64,000 bases of DNA from Tubulanus polymorphus (taxonomy: Eukaryota > Animalia > Nemertea): contig NC_134031.1 of NCBI RefSeq assembly GCF_964204645.1, forward strand, positions 20,901,910 to 20,965,909, read 5' to 3'. Within the stretch, counting starts at the first letter, position 1. Every line of letters starts with the position of its first letter. The notes under the pieces are model-generated. The model did no database searches and was not told the DNA's origin. It saw only the letters and a list, made by a program, of their open reading frames with translations. Below are positions 57,201 through 64,000 of the stretch, one piece after another. The translations under genes and the position numbers were made by a program.

Positions 57201-60200
57201 TAATTTGCTGCACTTTTCTTTCATTTCCTCAACAAACAAAAGGGAAGCTCGATGATCATTCTCAGTTTGTGTGATCCGGTATTCTAACTCAATTTTAGTC
57301 GACTGAATCTCACATTTTTCCTCAGAGATTCTACTACATTCAATTTCCCTTTCGCTTATTTTATTTTCTAATGTATTCACTTGATTAAGAATCTCTTCTT
57401 TCTCAAGTTTGAGAGCGTCGTAACTTGTACCTAATGACGTGTACTCCAATTTTGATGTCTCTATTTCGCTACTGAGCCGTTCTTTTTCTTCAGTAAGTGA
57501 GACAAGTTGAATTTGAAGCTGGCTAGATTTTACTTCTTCGCCATCAAACAAAGTCTGTAACTCGCTCAACTGATCTTTCAGAATACCTATTTCTTCTCGT
57601 AAAGAATTATTGTCCATTTGTTTGATATCCTGCATAGAAACCTTTGCTTCCTGGGCACTAGCCAACTCAGTTTTTAGGGACTCTATTTTATCCATGAGTA
57701 ACTGAATTTCAGCTTTACCAGCAACTTCAGCTTTATTCAACATTTCGAACTGCTTCTCGATACCGTCGACGTAAGACAAATATTCTTGGTATTCTTCATT
57801 TAACGATTCATTCTCGGTCGATAATTTATCGTACTTCTCAATAAGTTGTTCATGTTTGTTGTTCACATCAGAAATAACTTGATCTTTTTCATCGATCAAA
57901 AGACGTAATGAATCAAGCTCTTCATTCGTGCGGTTGATATTAACTTGAAGATTTTCCATCTGTTGGGCTGTTTCGTTCTTCTCACTTTCCATTGCAATTA
58001 ACTGAGTTTGACATTGCGTAAGTTTTTCATCAAGAGAGCAATTCTTTGAAACTTGCTCATCTAATTTAAGCTGATGCTCTTCATTTAGTGAAGCGATTTT
58101 ATTTTCGTGAAGTTTGTCCCTATCTTCTGCATTGCCATTCATTTCACTAACAGCAGACTCTAGTTGCTCGAGTCGTGACTGCCAAGTGGCTTTTTCAATG
58201 ACATAAGTCTCTTGAGTGGCTTTTAGTAAATCTTTTGTTTCATTCAACTCGTCTGACAAGGCCACTGTTTTCATATCAAGTTCTTGCTTCTCATTTTCTA
58301 GCATCTGTTGGATTTTCTTGGATTGCCCTTCATTTTCACTTATCTTCACTTCCAGCAGCTGAATATTCTTACGCAGTTCCAGAATCTCTTTTTCACGTTC
58401 GACTATCAAATTTTCTTTTTCACTCAACTCAGTTGCTCGAGTCATAGATTCTTGCGATAGTTCTTGATTTTTGTTAAGGAACTTCTCTTCCAGTTCTCTG
58501 AAGTTCTCTGCTTTTTTATTCATTTCTTGTTGCATTGTGGACACTTCGAGACATTTGGCATCATAATTTGAATTCATAGTTGCAAGCTCCAGCTTCACAT
58601 CCAACATATCTTGTTCATACTGATGAATTGTACCTTCCAATTTCTCTTTAAGGTTATGAAGATCATCGTACTTCTGATTGAGTTTCGTACTTTCATCTGC
58701 CCATCGCAATTCACATTCTTCAATTTCCATCCTCAGATCACTCACGACACTATCTTTCTTCTCTAATTCAATATTCAATTTTTCAATTTCACAATTGATA
58801 TCACGTAGTTGAGCTTCTTTTTCTTGGACTAATTTGGATTTAGAAGTCTGGCTAGTTGAAATCAATTCTTCTGTCTTGGCTACTTCATCAACCAATTCCT
58901 CGATTCGTTTCTCCTTATCCACAATAACCTGTTCATAAGTGGCTACCGTATTATCTCTCATCAATAAGCGTTCTTCAATTGCTTCACATTTAGCTCCAGC
59001 AACCGCTAGATCACTGCGGAGTTCATCGCATTCAACGAGTAAATTTGATTTGGTATTTTCAAGCTCCCTGACATTAGCCTCGGCACTTTTTAACATCTCA
59101 GATAGTTGAGTTTGTTGAGTTTCGGCGCTATCATTTAGTGTCGTTAGTTTTTCGGTCAAATTTTCATTGCTGCTCTTCAATTGAGTACATTCTCGTTCCA
59201 ATTCTTGATTTTGCAACGTTATCTCCTGAATTTCTTCGTCGACAGTCTTTTGTACTTTCATCATCTCTCGCATTTCTGATTCGGCTGCATCAACTCGTTC
59301 TTTCAATAAATCTGCTTCCCTGCAGATATTATCCCTGGATAATTGTAACTCCGTTATTTGTTCAGTCAAGTCAATCTTAGCCCGTGCAAGGTCATCCATT
59401 GCTTTCAATGATTTTTCCAAGTCACTCTTACATTCTTCTAGTTCGATGCTTTTCTCTTCTTTATTACACTTAAGTTCTTCGATATTTTGTTCGAGTGCAT
59501 CACATTTTTTCTCCAAATTCACTCTGATGCCAGCTATTTTTTCGCATTCGTGAACTTTTTCCTCCAAAGAGCTGACAACTTCATTCATCTCCGATTTCTT
59601 TTCTTCCATCTCGGCTAAATGACGGTTAACTAAGTTCTTCATTTCACTGTCAAGATATTCAGTTCTTTTTAACAAGTGCTGTTTATCTTGTTGCTCCTGT
59701 TGTGACTCGTCTTTGAGCCAGTTATTTTCCGTCGTAAGTTTTGCCACCTCTGCATGCGCATGCGTCAAATCATGTTCAAATTCACATAGACGTTTCTTTT
59801 CATTTTCGTACAATTCCTCTAGATTTGTTTGCTGGAGTTTCAGGCTTTCGATAATCGAGTCTTTATCTTCGATGTCCATCTGCAGGAGTTCATTTCGAGC
59901 TTCAATCGCAGCCTTTTCTTGATCGAGTTGATCTTTATGAACCTTTATGTCAGAAGAAACATTGCACATTCGATCTTCCAAATCTTTCAATTGAGTACAA
60001 ACATCTCTATACGCAACATCTTTCTTTTCTAAGTCAGCTTTAACGTCTGATAGTTGCTGTTGTAACGCATCCATCGTCTGAGTTGTTTCATTAAGATCCT
60101 CACGAAGTTTAGACTCTGTCTCTTTATGTAAACTAATGGCATTGCGAAGCTCACCAACAGTCATTATATGATTGCTGAGTTCTGTCTTTTTATTACCAAG

Positions 60201-63200
60201 AACCTCTTCCTGGTAAGAAAGTCTCGTCTGTAAATTATCAATCAAGTTTTGCATTTCTACTGACAAATCAGACTTCGCTTTTTCTTTAGCAGCTAATGAA
60301 GTTTGAAGTGCATGGATTTGTTGCTGCATGTCATTAACAGTATCATTGTGGTCGGATGCAGCTTTTTTGAGATCATCAATAGTTCCGACCATTTCGGCAC
60401 AATGACTTTCAAGTTGATTCTTTTCTTGCTTAAGCTGTTCAACATCGTGTTTATGAGATTCAACTTCCAATCTCAGAGTTTCATTAAGATTTTTTGTATC
60501 TTCTAAGTGAATGGATATAAGCTTGTCTTGTTCTGTCAACTCGGTATATTTGCTTTGTAGAGATTCAAGTGCACTTTCATATTCTGTAACTTTTTCTTGT
60601 AATTCAGCGATTTTTCCACTGCTCTCAAGGCAGGCATTCTTAGACTGTTCATTGAGTATCTGTGTCTGATTAGTCAATTTTTCGACAATTTGTGCATTGA
60701 GGGATGCTTCCTCTGATAGAGTCGCACACTTCTCATTCAAAATTTGAATCTCATCCACCTTTTCTTGCACTTGACAAAGCAATGCAATCTTTTCTTCTGC
60801 TAATGCTTGTCGAAGGTTTTCTTCTCGTTGTAAATCCATTGTTATCTTTTCTAGCTTATCATTTGCAATTACCAAATTTTCAGATAAGTCTTTTAAAGTT
60901 TCATCTTTTTCACTGATGACCGATTGCAGCTTGCCATACTCAGTTTCCTTTGAACTACACACAGTTTGAAACTGGCTGCGAATTGTTTCTATCTCAGCAG
61001 ACGACTGTTCAATATGTTGCTTCAAGTCATTATTTTCCTTCGTGACTGATTCACACTTGGTCTCTAAGTTGCAAATTATTTGCGACTTCTCCCCCATTTG
61101 AGTAGCAAGAATTTCTTTTTCTTGTCGCAAGCTTTCTTTCAGAGCCAAAGTTTCTGCATTTCTTGATGTCATCTCATCAAGCAGACGTTTCGCTTCGACT
61201 ATATTGATTTCTTTTTCCTGTAATTGTTCCTGTAACTTGCTTAATTCGCTACAAACATTTTTCAGCTGTTCATCTTTTTCCTGCAAGATTTTCTCTCCTT
61301 CCTCTTTAGTCTCATTTTGCGATCTGCCTAATGCAACCAACTGATCATTCGCCGTATCTAAGTCATCTTTTAATGCTTTGATTTCATTTTCATAAGTTTC
61401 CGACTTTTCAAGAAGGCATGTATATTTTTCATTCAACTCGAGCTTAGTCGATACCAACTCATTATTCATTGACTTAACATCATTTGTCTCTGAAATTACT
61501 TTATCCATAGATTCTGCTTTCTCAGTCAGTTCATCGCATAAATGCTCGTACTTTTTCTCCAAAACACTGATTTCATTTTTCAAAGACTCGAGCTGTGATA
61601 CCAGCAACCCCTTTTCTGATTTTAGGCTCTCCTGCAAACCCATAGTTTCCTGATAATTCTGTTCTGCAGATTTAAGTTTTTTAAGCGTTTCATTGTTTGT
61701 GTCTTGAACTAATTTCAATTGGTTGTCAGACTCTGATAACTTTTCTTGAAGGTTTTTCACGTCATTTTCTTTAGTCAACAATGCTTCAGAAGTTTGTTCC
61801 TGCGTACATCGAAGTGTTTTCTTTAATTGTTCCAGTTCACTTTCCAAATCTTTCACATGTGAATCAAAACCCTCTACTTTTTCTTCCAGTAGCTGTTTAT
61901 ATTGATGCTGCATTTCTAAATCCTGATCAACCTTTGCTTTTTCTGCTATAAGCGATTCCTCCAACTCCGATAATCTCGCAAATTCTGCTTTTGCAGTCTT
62001 AAGTTCTGCTCTTGTGGCGGCAAATTCCATTTCTTGTTCACACAATGAATCTTCTACATTATCGAGAGATTCTTGTAATCTTGAAATTTCGGTATCCTTT
62101 AAACGAAGAGCTTCATCTTTCTGCTGTTTCCTTGTTTCCGATTCAGCCTGAAGATCAGATAAACTTTTTCTTGACTCAATCAACTGTTCATTCAGTTCGT
62201 CACAATTTTTCTGCTGTTGATGAAGTTCTGAATTGATATCGTCAATTTTCTCGTGCAACGATACATTTTCACTGCGTATTCCATCATTCAATTCAGATAG
62301 TTCAATAAATTTACATCTGGTGTCTGACAATTCCTTTTCATTTGCTTCAAACATTTGTTGTATTTTGTTTAGTTCATTTTTCAATTCCTTGTTTCCAGAT
62401 TCCAATTCTTGCATCTGCATTTCCCGAGTCTCGTTAACAGTCTTTTGATTTTGCATCAACTGATTTATCTTCTCCTCTAAAAGTTGGTTATGCTGCTCAG
62501 ATTCTAAACTCTTCTCAGAAATTTCATTATATTTCTCAGACAAATCATTTCTCTCGACAATGATTGCTTCGTAGTCTGCTTGAAGAGAAAATTTCTGCTG
62601 AACCAGAGTTTCGTGCTGGTCCATCTGATTTTTCAATTTTTCTGTCTTCTCAGTGATTTGCTGAGCTAAATCCTCGAGTTTCGTTTGCATTTTGACCAAG
62701 TTTTCTGATTGCTGACCAATTTCTGATTGTTGCGACTGGATTCGAGCTTCCTTGCTGGCAATAACTTCGTCTCTCTGCCCAATGATTTCTTCCAGCGAAG
62801 TAGTTTTACTAGAAAATTGGTCAACCTGATAAGAAGAAACAGTATCAATCTGCTATTCAGCCTTATATTTTCATAAACCAAGATGACTACCAGTCAACCA
62901 CCTTGAATGACATTATAACCTTAATTCAAATACAGATCCTAAATGTCATTTAACATTTTCATGAGAAAGTTCAATGCTCAACATCAAATACAGTTATAGG
63001 CCAAAAACTAAACATTAGGAATCAAAGACCACAGGTCAGCCATCTTGAATGCAATTACTTTCAAATTAACTAGGGTTTATTGTATGCCACCACATCCATC
63101 TAACTAACATGAAAATCTTAAGGATTGTATCTCAACTGGTTTTAAGTGATTGTGGTAACACAAACTTCATGCGGACACAGTACAGTGAGGTCATAATTGA

Positions 63201-64000
63201 CAAGCTGCCATTGACAACAATAGATAATATTCACCTGATCAGATAGACCTGCTAGTTTTCCAGAAAGTTCCACAGTTTGTTCCAGTAAATCTGAACTCTT
63301 TTGTTGCAATGAATTGCGCTCTCTTTCCACCTCAGTTAAAGATCCTGAAAAATAAATGTCATTGTTGAAAGAAACAGATCAATCCAGCAGTTCAATGAGT
63401 CTTTACACTTTTTCTCGTAGATGAAGGGCTTCTAGTGATTTTCATTGTCAGTCAGAAACTCACCTCGTAAATTAGCTTCAATCTGTTCATGTTGAGATTT
63501 TGTTGTTTTCAATTCTTCCTCAAACTGCATCAACTTGGCAGATTTTTCTTCTAATTCAGATTCATATTGAACCTTACCGTTTACGAGTTCCCTACAATCA
63601 ATAGAATATTGAATGAATGAAAGAATTTACAATTCAGATTCAGTTGTCGTAATTGTTCATTAAACATAACTCTTTATTTTCCAAAAAGGAGAAGTTTTAC
63701 TGAAAAACTTACTGATGAACTGCTTGAAGTGTCGTATGAGTTTCTTGCAAATGCTGCAATTCCGAAGCATTGCGAGTAGATTTTTCCACTTCAGCTTCCA
63801 CCTGAGCTGTCAAAGTTTGAATTTCTTGTTCACTCTTTTCCATCGATTCTTTCAATTCAGTGACTTCTTGCTGCAGTTTCATCAACTCGATGTTTTTATT
63901 TTGAACTGTCTGCTCAGAGTTTCCGAGCTGCACATCTAATTCATTCTTCAACTTCTCCATTTTACCGAGTTTTGTGTCGGCGTCTTCGAGTTTCTCTTGA
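51235..64000 (-). CDS. CENPF: Centromere protein F (mitosin)-like giant coiled-coil protein; the 5' end lies beyond the window
   Basis: More than 3000 aa of coiled coil, including one exon 62825-55179 (7,647 bp, phase 0/0). Near the C-terminus PEGLPDVVIKG|FSDIPKVMASPGIIRRST (splice 53050/52634) matches the CENP-F C-terminal motif (human PEGLPEVVKKGFADIP...SPYILRR). The last exon 51396-51235 ends ...ETEPDCKVQ*, the same CAAX box as vertebrate CENP-F. Confidence 0.85.

Overview
AT-rich eukaryotic (invertebrate animal) genomic DNA with GT-AG introns; there are no prokaryotic features and no CRISPR array. Genes were reconstructed by hand from splice phases. (1) 3' end of a TRPM-family cation channel (+, 114-6123). 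Its 4.2-kb intron holds (2) an antisense nested two-exon gene (~973 aa) with an unnamed N-terminal domain, 28 Cys-containing 13-aa repeats and a probable beta-propeller. (3) A complete multi-exon USP48 deubiquitinase (-, 8925-19059). (4) A three-exon, 126-aa secreted prepropeptide spread over 19 kb (-, 20656-39789). Its mature part is two tandem C-C-CC-C-C knottin/ICK-like domains, and the ORF track does not show it as one gene. Its introns hold a decayed rhodopsin-type GPCR on the opposite strand and clusters of CRE motifs. (5) 3' part of a CENP-F orthologue (-, 51235->64000) with a 7,647-bp exon and a terminal CKVQ CAAX box. Repeats include two arrays of a 57-bp minisatellite carrying telomeric (TTAGGG)-type motifs, other minisatellites, several MITEs, a tRNA-derived SINE, a CR1/L2-type LINE 3' end and two ~172-bp (TA)n tracts. 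The best candidates for undescribed biology are the double-knottin prepropeptide and the intron-nested 13-mer repeat protein. All homology calls come from motif recognition; no searches were run.
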